Positions 8,838 through 18,100 of a stretch of 32,000 nucleotides of DNA are shown piece by piece. Each line of letters begins with the position of its first letter. The first letter of the stretch is position 1. The position numbers and the translations under genes are program-made. This DNA comes from Staphylothermus hellenicus DSM 12710 (GTDB lineage: Archaea; Thermoproteota; Thermoprotei_A; Sulfolobales; Desulfurococcaceae): the NCBI RefSeq assembly GCF_000092465.1, contig NC_014205.1, forward strand, positions 1,140,001 through 1,172,000, written 5' to 3'. Under the pieces are notes generated by a model. That model worked only from the letters and a program-made list of their open reading frames with translations, had not been told where the DNA came from and ran no database searches.

Positions 8838-9761
8838 CTAATATATTATCTTTATATACTGGGTTATATCTGTTAACTCATCTTCTTTCGAGAAAGCCAA
8901 GTATCCTGCAGATGATATGCCGTAGTTTGGAATTCTTGAGTCAAATAATGTTATAAGCTTCCCACCATGATCGATCTTATAACCTTCTGCTGGCTCGTGT
9001 CCCCGCACAATATATTTCACACCTGCTAATTTTACTGCAGCACTAGTTACCTTCTCATTAAATAACACGCCTGCCCCACGATAGGATGGTGCAGCCAGAT
9101 GATATGGGTCATCGAACGGATCATTCCATAAGACTTCTTCAAGAACACGATCATCAACTGATGATAACCCAATACTTAAAGCCTCCTCAAAAGATTTGGC
9201 ATTGACAAAGGATATTGGAGGACCGCCATGCAGGAAAAGTATTTTGCCAGGAATTCTGGCTCCATAAGGTATTTTCTGGAACATTCTGAAAGCTTCTCTA
9301 TATATTTCTTTTCCTTGTGCACCATACATTTCTATTAATTTATCGGGAAAATCGTGGGGGTAAGGAATAGTTAGTGGAGATACTTCATGGTTTCCTCTCA
9401 GTAAAACAATGTTGTCTGGGAATAGTTTTTTAAGTAGTAATATACTAGTTAATACCTCAACTTGTTGAGGCCCTCTATCCACGTAGTCTCCGAGAAAAAC
9501 AACTGTCACTGTGCCGTCTTCAATGTTTTCTAATATATTCTCTTTGGCTAGAAACTCTATCAATGTCTCGAAATCGCCGTGGAGATCCCCTATTGCATAA
9601 ATTTCATCATAACTAATTATTTCCACAAATCCCGGAGGCCTAGTCTTTATTGTGCTACCTCTATAGAGCAAATATTTGCCGACATCACGGATTAAGTCCA
9701 GCAATTTGCTTGGACTCTTAACGATCTCATACACGTTTGATATAAACATATTTAAATCCAT
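8838..9761 (-). CDS. PPP-family serine/threonine protein phosphatase (metallophosphoesterase)
   Basis: The three PPP signature motifs are present: GDLHGD, GDYVDRG and LRGNHE. Confidence 0.85.
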   Translation of the reverse strand: MDLNMFISNVYEIVKSPSKLLDLIRDVGKYLLYRGSTIKTRPPGFVEIISYDEIYAIGDLHGDFETLIEFLAKENILENIEDGTVTVVFLGDYVDRGPQQVEVLTSILLLKKLFPDNIVLLRGNHEVSPLTIPYPHDFPDKLIEMYGAQGKEIYREAFRMFQKIPYGARIPGKILFLHGGPPISFVNAKSFEEALSIGLSSVDDRVLEEVLWNDPFDDPYHLAAPSYRGAGVLFNEKVTSAAVKLAGVKYIVRGHEPAEGYKIDHGGKLITLFDSRIPNYGISSAGYLAFSKEDELTDITQYIKIIY

Positions 9762-9781
9762 TCGGATCCCCAGATATAATA

Positions 9782-10726
9782 CTATAGTATTTGTTTTACA
9801 ACGTATATGTCATAAAAAATGTTTGGTAAATAATCGAGAACTATGTCATTGTTCCAAACAATGTCCGGATCAATCCATGCATGTAGAATGAGGATAAGAG
9901 GCTCATAACTTATTACATTAACTTGATCCACACCTATCAATAAACCTTTATTAAGCATATCATTAAGCATTGATTCCAAATTTAAAAGAGAACCAGATAA
10001 TGTTGTTTGTATTATTGCATATACGCGGGGATATCTTCTATAAACTATTCTCTTGTATATGATGGCTTTGTAGAGACGTTTATAGTAGTGGTTCCTGAAA
10101 ATATGTAATGTAGAGTTTTTGGAGAATATTTCTTCGACAAGATTTCTTAGCTTATAATTCTTAAGGGGAGGATTTGATACTAGATAAAATAATCTGCCAA
10201 TATAATCATCAATATCATCGATTCCTGAAACCTCTTGATTCTTTGATCTAATCGTATGTGTTAGATTGATTTTTTTGTTTATATAATTCTCTCTTGGAAT
10301 GATTGTTTCCTTAATTGCTCCATAAACCTTTACCCTACATAAACTCAGATCTATATCAAGCATAGATATGGGTTCAGGGTTTTCTGGACGGCTGCTCTTG
10401 TAGGATAAATAATATAATATATATGTTGGCCGCGGTAGTGGCGAATAATATGTTATGGTTGGTTTAGGTATGTTTTTCTTAAAACATTTAGATAATTTTG
10501 TTCTTTGGCTAAGAATAATTATGTAAATCCACGAATCTAGGATCAGCTTATCTATAAATACATTGTAGTATTCAAGTAATATTCCGTTTCTAAAATAGTT
10601 TTTTATTTTTCTGGAAAGAGTTGAAGAGGGTATTTGAAGTACCGATGCTATCTCGACGTGTTTTAATCCTTTATTATAGAGATACGCGTATTGTTTTGCA
10701 TAATTGTCATCATCTATATTAAACAT
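9782..10726 (-). CDS. Putative HTH DNA-binding protein (two Lrp/AsnC-like modules?)
   Basis: An N-terminal HTH-like stretch reads LKHVEIASVLQIPSSTLSRKIKNYFRNGIL. The rest of the protein was not recognised. Confidence 0.5.
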   Translation of the reverse strand: MFNIDDDNYAKQYAYLYNKGLKHVEIASVLQIPSSTLSRKIKNYFRNGILLEYYNVFIDKLILDSWIYIIILSQRTKLSKCFKKNIPKPTITYYSPLPRPTYILYYLSYKSSRPENPEPISMLDIDLSLCRVKVYGAIKETIIPRENYINKKINLTHTIRSKNQEVSGIDDIDDYIGRLFYLVSNPPLKNYKLRNLVEEIFSKNSTLHIFRNHYYKRLYKAIIYKRIVYRRYPRVYAIIQTTLSGSLLNLESMLNDMLNKGLLIGVDQVNVISYEPLILILHAWIDPDIVWNNDIVLDYLPNIFYDIYVVKQIL

Positions 10727-10747
10727 ATTAGTTTAGCACCTGTACTA

Positions 10748-11221
10748 TTATCCAACATTATCTAGTACATCTTTTACTTTACGAGCAAGATTATGTGATT
10801 TAATTATTCCACTAGCATCGACATGTTTACCATTTTTATACACGCGTAAACCCAGAGACTCAAGCTTGTCAGCGATGATCTCGGATATATTAGCTTGTCC
10901 AGTCTTAGTACTTACATGGAGTCTATGAGAGTTCTCTAAATATTCGAGTCTGATAGTTATTATGGTTTTTTCATTCTTTGATACAGCATGAATTATTTCA
11001 TAGTTTTTTTCTTCACCCATGAGATCCTTTTCAGAAATGTTTTTTCGAGTTACATGGTATCCTCTATTAATAAGTATCCGCTCTACATCATTGTATATTT
11101 TCTCTTTTTTCTCAGAGGCTACCAATCTCTTCACCACCCCAATGATTTTCGGGTTCTGCAGCGGCCAAGGCTCAGCATCATAATAAAATCTATATTTACA
11201 AGGGATAATAATGTTCAGCAC
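10748..11221 (-). CDS. Hypothetical protein
   Basis: The ORF is 157 aa with a GTG start and no recognised motif. Its first two codons overlap the D box of a C/D sRNA candidate. Confidence 0.45.
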   Translation of the reverse strand: MLNIIIPCKYRFYYDAEPWPLQNPKIIGVVKRLVASEKKEKIYNDVERILINRGYHVTRKNISEKDLMGEEKNYEIIHAVSKNEKTIITIRLEYLENSHRLHVSTKTGQANISEIIADKLESLGLRVYKNGKHVDASGIIKSHNLARKVKDVLDNVG

Positions 11222-11276
11222 GCTCGTGCATTACTCATCGCCTATTAATTAGGCTCATCTTGGGGATAATCATCAT
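11215..11276 (-). ncRNA. Box C/D sRNA candidate 2
   Basis: The minus strand reads AUGAUGA(C)-uuauccccaag-AUGA(D')-GCCUAauuaaUAGGC-g-AUGAGUA(C')-augcacgagcgug-CUGA(D). The D'/C' spacer is a 5-bp hairpin in the position equivalent to a terminal stem. C' position 6 (U) pairs with D' position 1 (A). The first guide is complementary to CUUGGGGAUAA. Confidence 0.45.
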
Positions 11277-11316
11277 CTAGCCGGATAATTAATGAAGTAA
11301 GGATTTAACATTGTTA

Positions 11317-11379
11317 ATGGCTCAGACAAATGCCTTCTAATCACATAGAGTCATTGTCGGGAGTACTCGTCATCGCCAC
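11317..11379 (-). ncRNA. Box C/D sRNA candidate 1
   Basis: The minus strand reads GUGGC-g-AUGACGA(C)-GUACUCCCGACA-AUGA(D')-cucuau-GUGAUUA(C')-GAAGGCAUUUGU-CUGA(D)-GCCAU. Both guides are exactly 12 nt. The terminal stem GUGGC/GCCAU is 5 bp, and a 3-nt bulge precedes the GA as in a K-turn. Confidence 0.55.
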
Positions 11380-11382
11380 TAT

Positions 11383-11408
11383 TATTAATGTGTTTTATTA
11401 ATGTGTTT
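11383..11408. repeat. Perfect tandem duplication of a 13-nt unit (TATTAATGTGTTT x2)
   Basis: Read directly from the sequence. It lies between the gatE stop and the 5' end of C/D candidate 1. Confidence 0.9.
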
Positions 11409-11427
11409 AATAATTATTATTCGATTA

Positions 11428-13365
11428 TTATGGCTTATTTGCTAGCTCTGATAGTTTCTCCCTAACTTTTTCAGCCACAGTTCTACCATCAATTTTTCCT
11501 CTAACTGTTTTCATAACGTTTCCCATAACGATTTTGAATGCTTTTCCAGGCTTCTGCATGATCTTTTCAATATTCTCCTTTATTACCCTATCAATAATTT
11601 TATCAAGTTCTTCTATGCTTAGTTTTTTCAATCCCAGTTTTTCTATTGCATCATCTATTTTTGTACCAGGGTTTCTGGCGATATAATCTAGAATTTGAGG
11701 AATCGCTTCTTTAGCTATTTCTCGAGTAGCTACTTTGTCTAGAACTTCTTCAATATCTTCATCTGATATGTTCTCAATAGGTGTTCCTTCGCCTTTAAGC
11801 ATTTTTAATGTATTGGTTATGGTTGAAGCAATTAGGGATGCAGGTAGTTTATCCTTATATTTTACTACTAGTTTCTCAAACAGATCTAGTCTGAGATCAT
11901 TTATTATAGCATATGCTAGTTCTCTGCTTAAACCATACTCTTCAATAAATCTTTTCAGCTTAACATCTAAGGGCTCAGGAACAATCTTATCTGCTTCTCT
12001 AAGCATTTCCTCGGTTATTTCAACCGGCGGTATATCTGTTTCCGGATACATTCTAGCTGCTCCCGGCCTAGGCCTCATATATTTTGTTGTTCCATCCGGA
12101 TTAGCCGCTCTTGTTTCCTCGGGCACTCCTATGAAGGCTTGTCTAGCCCTGTCAATTACAGCGTTTAATGCGTTATATGCTTTCGATTTTTCATCGGCAA
12201 CCAATACTATTGCGTCCCTTGACGGATCAGCGTTTAGTTTCTTATAAAGCTCTTCCACCTCACTGGATGATATACCATAGGCTGGCAATTCGTCTGTGTG
12301 GAATAACCCACCTACACCGCCCCATACTCTAGCATAATCTGCTAATTCTGTTCCAAATCTACGTCCCGGCTGTAATTCTTTACCAAGTAAACCCTTAAAC
12401 CCTGGCAGTATAACTGCGAATACTCCGTGATCCTTTCTGCTCATAACTCTCCTTATGATCTTAGATTTGGTGTTCTTGAAAACCTCAGTTACATCGAATA
12501 TTTCGCCACTTATATGATTTGGTGAAATATTTCTTTTCCTCAACTCTTCTCGTATTTCTAATAGTTTTTTCTGTCTAAGAGCTTCGTATTTAACAACTTT
12601 AGATATGAGATAGAGGTGTTGTACGCCCTTTATTTCTATCTTAGCACCTCCTTTAATTGAAACATTTAAGTCCTGCCTTATTGTTCCAAGACCCCTCTTA
12701 GCTTTACCGGTTAAACGTACAAGTTGTCCTATCTTGAAAGCTACTCTTTCAGCTTCTTCCGGATCGTTTATATCTGGCGCCGTAGCTATTTCTATCAATG
12801 GTATTCCAAGTCTGTCAAGTTTGTATTGAACCTTGTCTTTTTTCTCACTAATTTTTCTAGCTGCATCTTCTTCTAAGCACAGTGTTTGTATACCTATTTT
12901 CTTATCTCCATCCATAATATAACCATCTAATGCTATTATAGCAGTTCTTTGAAAACCCGAAGTATTGCTTCCATCAATAACCACTTTCCTCATTACATGT
13001 ACTTCGTCAACAACATACATGTTGAGAGCTTTCGCGACTGCTACAGCCGTTACTAATGCTTCCCTATTTACCTCATGGGGAGGCTCCTCATCTGCTTCTA
13101 CAAGACATGAGGATGAACGAGGAGCGTGATACTCGTATTTTCTACCCTTCTTCCACTCAAGTAATGCTGCAGCATCTACCTCTCCTAATTCGCTCCTAGC
13201 AGGTCTTAGTTCTCTAATAAACACATCCTCAGCTTCTTCCTCGACAAGCCTGGTTGGGCAGTTGCAGAACAATTTATGTGCTGTATTAAGCTGTATGTGG
13301 ATTTCTAATCCTACTTTTAAGCCGAGCTCGCTATAATCGGGCTTCTCACTACTCATATAGGCCAC
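11428..13365 (-). CDS. gatE: Glutamyl-tRNA(Gln) amidotransferase subunit E
   Basis: The 645-aa product carries GLEIHIQL...KLFCNCPT, a GatB/E-type core and a C-terminal YqeY-like tail. It overlaps gatD by 13 nt. Confidence 0.95.
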   Translation of the reverse strand: MAYMSSEKPDYSELGLKVGLEIHIQLNTAHKLFCNCPTRLVEEEAEDVFIRELRPARSELGEVDAAALLEWKKGRKYEYHAPRSSSCLVEADEEPPHEVNREALVTAVAVAKALNMYVVDEVHVMRKVVIDGSNTSGFQRTAIIALDGYIMDGDKKIGIQTLCLEEDAARKISEKKDKVQYKLDRLGIPLIEIATAPDINDPEEAERVAFKIGQLVRLTGKAKRGLGTIRQDLNVSIKGGAKIEIKGVQHLYLISKVVKYEALRQKKLLEIREELRKRNISPNHISGEIFDVTEVFKNTKSKIIRRVMSRKDHGVFAVILPGFKGLLGKELQPGRRFGTELADYARVWGGVGGLFHTDELPAYGISSSEVEELYKKLNADPSRDAIVLVADEKSKAYNALNAVIDRARQAFIGVPEETRAANPDGTTKYMRPRPGAARMYPETDIPPVEITEEMLREADKIVPEPLDVKLKRFIEEYGLSRELAYAIINDLRLDLFEKLVVKYKDKLPASLIASTITNTLKMLKGEGTPIENISDEDIEEVLDKVATREIAKEAIPQILDYIARNPGTKIDDAIEKLGLKKLSIEELDKIIDRVIKENIEKIMQKPGKAFKIVMGNVMKTVRGKIDGRTVAEKVREKLSELANKP

Positions 13366-14708
13366 CTCGGATAAAGATTTATTGTTAGCCTAGGATTGAT
13401 CTCTCCCACTATATTCGTGGTCATTAATCTATATACCTCTCTTAAATCCCTGGTTTTAGAGCCAAGTATCCATGACAACTTAACATAGGCTGTTTCAGGC
13501 AACATATCAGAACCAGGTATAACGCCTACACTAAGTAGTTTGCGCCCGGTACTATATACATGCATATTAACTCTACCAAACAAGCATTGACTAGTCATCA
13601 CAACAGGTATTCCCTCCTCTACTGCTCGCTTAATTGAATCAATTACTCTATTAGATATGTGTCCCAGACCTGAACCCTCAATAACTATTCCATGAAACCC
13701 TTTATCAACTAATAAATCAATTATTTCAGGCTGAAATCCTGGATACGCTTTTATCATTACAACTTTATCATCAAACTTGTTCTCGAGAATAGGATCCTTA
13801 CTTTTATCTCTAAGCTCAACTATTTTATTAATAATCTCTATTTTGTTCTTCTCGGGATATATTATGGCTAACGGATAATCATTTATGGATTGGAAAGCAT
13901 CACGTCTACTAGTATGCATTTTCCTCACTTTAACACCTCTATGAGCTAAAGCATACGTGTCACCGGTTTCACCATGCATTACAACAACAGATTCAGCAAA
14001 TGGCGCTTTAGCTGCTGTTAGAAATGCTGCTTTCAAGTTAAAAGCAGAATCTGTACTTGGTCTATCACTGCTTCTCTGAGCTCCTACAAAAACTATTGGT
14101 ACAGGTTTATTCTTTATGGCAAACGCTATTGCTGCCGCTGTATAGGCCATCATATCTGTGCCGTGCGCAACAACTATTCCATCAACACCGTTTTTCATTT
14201 CTCTATATATTTCAGAAGAGATTTTCTCCCAATGCTTAGGGGTGATGTCTTCTGAGAACACGTTCAGTATTTCTTTTGCATCAATAAATGCTGTATTACT
14301 AATCTCGGGAATCCACTCTAATAATTCCTCAACACTAAGAGCGGGCTTAACAGCGCCTGTTTCATAATCTACTTTTGAAACAATAGTTCCACCAGTACTC
14401 AATAAAACTATTCTTGGAAGATCTTTTTTCTGCTTCCTGAAAACCTGTGTCTTCACGGTTCTCTTCTCTCTCTTCTCTAATACCTCGATTTTTTCCTTGC
14501 CAGAAATTCGGATGCCTATATTATAGCCATTATCAAGTTTTATAATGATGAATGGTTTCTCACCATACAATGCTTCTCTAGGCATAAGTATTCCTTCAAA
14601 GATCCTTTTCTCAGTAGAGATCCTTATTTTATCGCCGACTTCTGCACCTATCTCCCTAAGAATTCTCGCAATGTATCCTTTATAACCAAGATACTCATCT
14701 GCATACAT
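13353..14708 (-). CDS. gatD: Glutamyl-tRNA(Gln) amidotransferase subunit D
   Basis: An asparaginase-type domain is present ([23 protein letters not shown]) after the GatD N-terminal domain. GGTGGAGG lies upstream of the ATG. Confidence 0.95.
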   Translation of the reverse strand: MYADEYLGYKGYIARILREIGAEVGDKIRISTEKRIFEGILMPREALYGEKPFIIIKLDNGYNIGIRISGKEKIEVLEKREKRTVKTQVFRKQKKDLPRIVLLSTGGTIVSKVDYETGAVKPALSVEELLEWIPEISNTAFIDAKEILNVFSEDITPKHWEKISSEIYREMKNGVDGIVVAHGTDMMAYTAAAIAFAIKNKPVPIVFVGAQRSSDRPSTDSAFNLKAAFLTAAKAPFAESVVVMHGETGDTYALAHRGVKVRKMHTSRRDAFQSINDYPLAIIYPEKNKIEIINKIVELRDKSKDPILENKFDDKVVMIKAYPGFQPEIIDLLVDKGFHGIVIEGSGLGHISNRVIDSIKRAVEEGIPVVMTSQCLFGRVNMHVYSTGRKLLSVGVIPGSDMLPETAYVKLSWILGSKTRDLREVYRLMTTNIVGEINPRLTINLYPRWPI

Positions 14709-14870
14709 AATGAAACCCCTCCACCTATATTAAGAGGATAGAAATATTACAATTAAACCTTTAGTCAACGATAATGTATCAGCTTTGTATAAGAATAGTG
14801 TGCTTCCCAGCCATATGCCAATGATCAATAAATAATTCTGGGTAGAAACTTATAAAGTTCTAAAAAACAA

Positions 14871-15041
14871 TTACCTTCTTCTCCTATAGAAGGATTGCTG
14901 TTGAGCAGCTAGAACTATTCTTCTAACATACTCCCATCTATTCCTCATTCTTGGAGGCATGTTCTTCTTAGGCTTTGGAGGTATCTTTGGTGTTTGGCTC
15001 CTGACTTTTCCAGCCTTTGTAAGTGATCCGTGGCTTGGCAT
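14871..15041 (-). CDS. rps30e: 30S ribosomal protein S30e (eS30)
   Basis: Translated by hand, since it is below the ORF-track length cutoff: [56 protein letters not shown]. HGSLxKAGKVRxQTPK is the eS30 signature. Confidence 0.85.
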   Translation of the reverse strand: MPSHGSLTKAGKVRSQTPKIPPKPKKNMPPRMRNRWEYVRRIVLAAQQQSFYRRRR

Positions 15042-15162
15042 CTTATTTATTCACCATGCATTATTTTTGCTTCAAAAACTAATATGCTTAAATAATGCTT
15101 TATATTTTAGGGATATTTAAATATTGGTGTTTATGTATCTGATCTATTAGGTATGGTGATAG

Positions 15163-16401
15163 GTGATGAAGAAAGCATACCTAGCTGAATCCGTTATAGG
15201 TATATATGCATTTGACGATAAAGGAGAAGTAATTGCTAAATCTCTTGCACCTACAAGTTTAGATGATAATGTTGAGTATTTATTGAAAATTGAAAAAGGA
15301 GAAGAAACACCTCAGCTAAAAGAGGTTTTGCTAAAACTAAAAGAAGATGGTTTCGACACAGTTGTTGTTGAAACAACTGAGACAGGAAAACATGTTGCAT
15401 CCATAGGGCTAGAACCACTGGTGGAGACAGGCCATATTGGTGCGCAAACACTGAGAGAGAAAATAGTGGATTACGCCATAGAAACTGGTTTTGCAAAAGA
15501 CAAGGAAGAATTCTATATAAAACTACATGATATAATGGTTGAACTTACCCGTAGAAAACTGAGGAGAGCTGCACAGAAAAGAGACTTGTTAGCTGTCCAG
15601 GCTATTAGGGCAATAGACGATATCGATAAAACAATCAACTTATATGTTGCACGATTAAGAGAATGGTATAGTCTACATTTCCCAGAATTAGATGAACTAG
15701 TTAGAGAGCATTCTGATTATGCTAGAATAATTTATGAGCTAGGCCATAGAAGCAACATAACAGTAGAAAACCTAAAGAAGCTCGGGTTCAGCGAGGAAAA
15801 AGCCAGGAAAATAGCTGAAGCAGCAGAAAAAAGTATGGGCGCTGATCTAAGCGATTTCGATATAGAATATATAAAGACTCTTGCAGGAATAATTCTAGAC
15901 CTATATAAACTAAGAGAAACCCTAGAAGGATACATTGAAGCAATCATGAAAGAGGTAGCACCAAACATAACAGCACTAGTAGGGCCAAAACTAGGAGCTA
16001 GACTACTAAGCCTCGCAGGAGGATTAGAAAACCTAGCCAAACTACCGGCAAGCACAATACAGGTATTAGGAGCAGAGAAAGCATTGTTCAGAGCACTAAG
16101 AACCGGCGGTAAACCGCCGAAACATGGGGTAATCTTCCAGTTCCCAGCAATACATCGTAGCCCAAGATGGCAGAGAGGAAAAATTGCTCGTGCATTAGCG
16201 GCAAAACTGGCAATAGCTGCTAAAGTAGACTATTTCACAGGAAGATTTATCGGGGATAAACTCAAAGAAGAACTTGATAAGAGGATTGAGGAGATCAAGA
16301 AACTATATGCAAAGCCTCCGGCGAGGAAGAAAGAAGAGAAGCGGCGTCCTAGAAGAAGAGGTAAGGGTAGAGGACGTAGAAGAAAAGGTAGGAGAAGATA
16401 A
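15163..16401 (+). CDS. nop5: C/D box RNP scaffold protein Nop5 (Nop56/58 homologue)
   Basis: The NOP domain is clear: LVGPKLGARLLSLAGGLENLAKLPASTIQVLGAEKALFRAL...PKHGVIFQ. The C-terminal tail is R/G/K-rich. The likely start is the ATG at 15166. Confidence 0.93.
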   Translation: MMKKAYLAESVIGIYAFDDKGEVIAKSLAPTSLDDNVEYLLKIEKGEETPQLKEVLLKLKEDGFDTVVVETTETGKHVASIGLEPLVETGHIGAQTLREKIVDYAIETGFAKDKEEFYIKLHDIMVELTRRKLRRAAQKRDLLAVQAIRAIDDIDKTINLYVARLREWYSLHFPELDELVREHSDYARIIYELGHRSNITVENLKKLGFSEEKARKIAEAAEKSMGADLSDFDIEYIKTLAGIILDLYKLRETLEGYIEAIMKEVAPNITALVGPKLGARLLSLAGGLENLAKLPASTIQVLGAEKALFRALRTGGKPPKHGVIFQFPAIHRSPRWQRGKIARALAAKLAIAAKVDYFTGRFIGDKLKEELDKRIEEIKKLYAKPPARKKEEKRRPRRRGKGRGRRRKGRRR

Positions 16402-16407
16402 GTTCTA

Positions 16408-16415
16408 GGAGGTGA
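16408..16415 (+). promoter_or_regulatory. Shine-Dalgarno-like GGAGGTGA ahead of flpA
   Basis: GGAGGTGA lies 6 nt upstream of the ATG at 16422, in the 20-nt nop5-flpA spacer. Confidence 0.6.
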
Positions 16416-16421
16416 ACATGT

Positions 16422-17126
16422 ATGTCTCAAGTAGTAAATATTAGGCCCCATGAAAAATACTATGGAGTATACATTGTTGAATTAGAGGATGGAAGCATTA
16501 AGCTCGCAACCAAAAACCTTGTTCCAGGACATAGAGTATATGGAGAAAGACTCTATAGATGGGGCGGAGAAGAATATCGTGAATGGAATCTTTATAGAAG
16601 CAAATTAGCAGGAGCACTCGCCAATGGATTAGCTGAACAACCAATCCGTGAAGGACACTCAATTCTCTACCTAGGTGTAGCAACAGGAACAACTGCAAGC
16701 CATGTCTCAGATATTGTGGGTCCAACAGGTAGAATATTTAGTGTAGAGTTTGCACCCCGTGTTATGAGAGAATTTGTTCTAGTGGCAGATGTTCGTAAAA
16801 ACCTGTATCCCATACTAGGCGATGCTAGAAAACCAAAGGAATACAGACACTTGGTGGAAATAGTTGATGGAATATATGCAGATATTGCACAACCAGAGCA
16901 AGCCGCTATAGTAGCCGATAATGCTGATTATTTCCTTAAAGATAACGGGTATCTATTGTTAGCTATAAAAGCTAGAAGCATAGATGTAACAAAGGAACCC
17001 AGCGAGATATATAGGAGAGAAATAAATACCCTAAAAGAACGCGGATTCGAAATAATAGACGTAGTTCACTTGGAACCATATGATAAAGACCATGCAATGG
17101 TATATGCAAGATATAATCGGAAATAA
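16422..17126 (+). CDS. flpA: Fibrillarin-like rRNA/tRNA 2'-O-methyltransferase
   Basis: [20 protein letters not shown] is the SAM motif, followed by DIAQPEQA. The gene sits immediately downstream of nop5. Confidence 0.95.
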   Translation: MSQVVNIRPHEKYYGVYIVELEDGSIKLATKNLVPGHRVYGERLYRWGGEEYREWNLYRSKLAGALANGLAEQPIREGHSILYLGVATGTTASHVSDIVGPTGRIFSVEFAPRVMREFVLVADVRKNLYPILGDARKPKEYRHLVEIVDGIYADIAQPEQAAIVADNADYFLKDNGYLLLAIKARSIDVTKEPSEIYRREINTLKERGFEIIDVVHLEPYDKDHAMVYARYNRK

Positions 17127-17135
17127 AACTATTTA

Positions 17136-18089
17136 ATGGTTTTAAATACTTTTTTAAATAGATATTCCTGCCCTGTCATTAGAAGGGGATCTATGAATAT
17201 GCAGAGGAAAGTGCTTGAAGAAATTCTCGATAATATTTTGAGGAATTTAAAGAAAGCTGGTTTCGTAGTTGAAAATATAAATTATCCAGAAAATAAACGT
17301 TCAATAGATATTATAGGATTATACAACAACTCCCACATTATGATCAAAGTAACCATCGATGCAACACATGTATCCGATATAGAAGTGAGCGATTTGAAAA
17401 AAGCATCACAAGCATATAATGCGTCCTCAATAGTAGTTTCTAGGAAATATAGAAAGAAGGAAATAGATCCTGAAGTGGTATATCGGAGAAAAGGTATAAA
17501 TGTTGTCAACGAGGAATTGCTGGAAAAATACATTATCAAAAATGAAAAACCATTAATATATGAGGCTCAAGGAAACTTTTTGGTAAGAATAAATCCACAG
17601 AAATTCCGAGAAAAACGATTAGAATTAGGTCTAAGCTTAGGCGAGCTAGCCGATAAAATAGGCGTAACACGTAAAGCTATCTATAATTATGAACATGGTA
17701 AAATAAGTGTAACAGTAAATACCGCTGTAAAAATAGCTGAAATCATGGGAATGGATGTTTTTGAGCCTGTTGACCTGTTTAAACCCGAAAAAATAGAGAT
17801 TAAGGAAGAATTTTCTCCGAGAAATAAAATAGAAGAACTACTATATAGAGCATGTAATCTTAAAGGATTAAAACTATATAAGCTATTGAGAACACCCATA
17901 GACTATGTCTTAAAAGGAGCCAGGAACACAGTATCTGTAATAAACTATAGAAAAGACCCTGAAAAAATAAGGGTAAAAATTGAAGAAGCCACAAGAATAG
18001 CTAGGATAACAGGATCGAAAGAAATGATTATTCGCGGCTTAGACGATGTAAAGGAAATAAAGAAATATTTGGAGGAAACCCTATTCTAA
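17136..18089 (+). CDS. Archaeal putative HTH-type (XRE-like) transcriptional regulator
   Basis: The central HTH is LGLSLGELADKIGVTRKAIYNYEHGK. The architecture matches the conserved archaeal putative HTH-type regulator family found next to fibrillarin. An alternative start at 17193 is preceded by AGGGGAT. Confidence 0.75.
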   Translation: MVLNTFLNRYSCPVIRRGSMNMQRKVLEEILDNILRNLKKAGFVVENINYPENKRSIDIIGLYNNSHIMIKVTIDATHVSDIEVSDLKKASQAYNASSIVVSRKYRKKEIDPEVVYRRKGINVVNEELLEKYIIKNEKPLIYEAQGNFLVRINPQKFREKRLELGLSLGELADKIGVTRKAIYNYEHGKISVTVNTAVKIAEIMGMDVFEPVDLFKPEKIEIKEEFSPRNKIEELLYRACNLKGLKLYKLLRTPIDYVLKGARNTVSVINYRKDPEKIRVKIEEATRIARITGSKEMIIRGLDDVKEIKKYLEETLF

Positions 18090-18100
18090 CGGGATAGATT

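Noticed and set aside
9676-9891. A 71-aa plus-strand ORF spans the phosphatase/HTH gene junction.
   Set aside because: It is antisense to the ends of two better-supported minus-strand genes and has no motif.
14770-14830. A possible C/D sRNA lies in the gatD upstream gap (UUGAUCA ... CUGA on the minus strand).
   Set aside because: The C box has two or more mismatches, including loss of the critical GA. There are no C'/D' boxes and the spacing does not fit.
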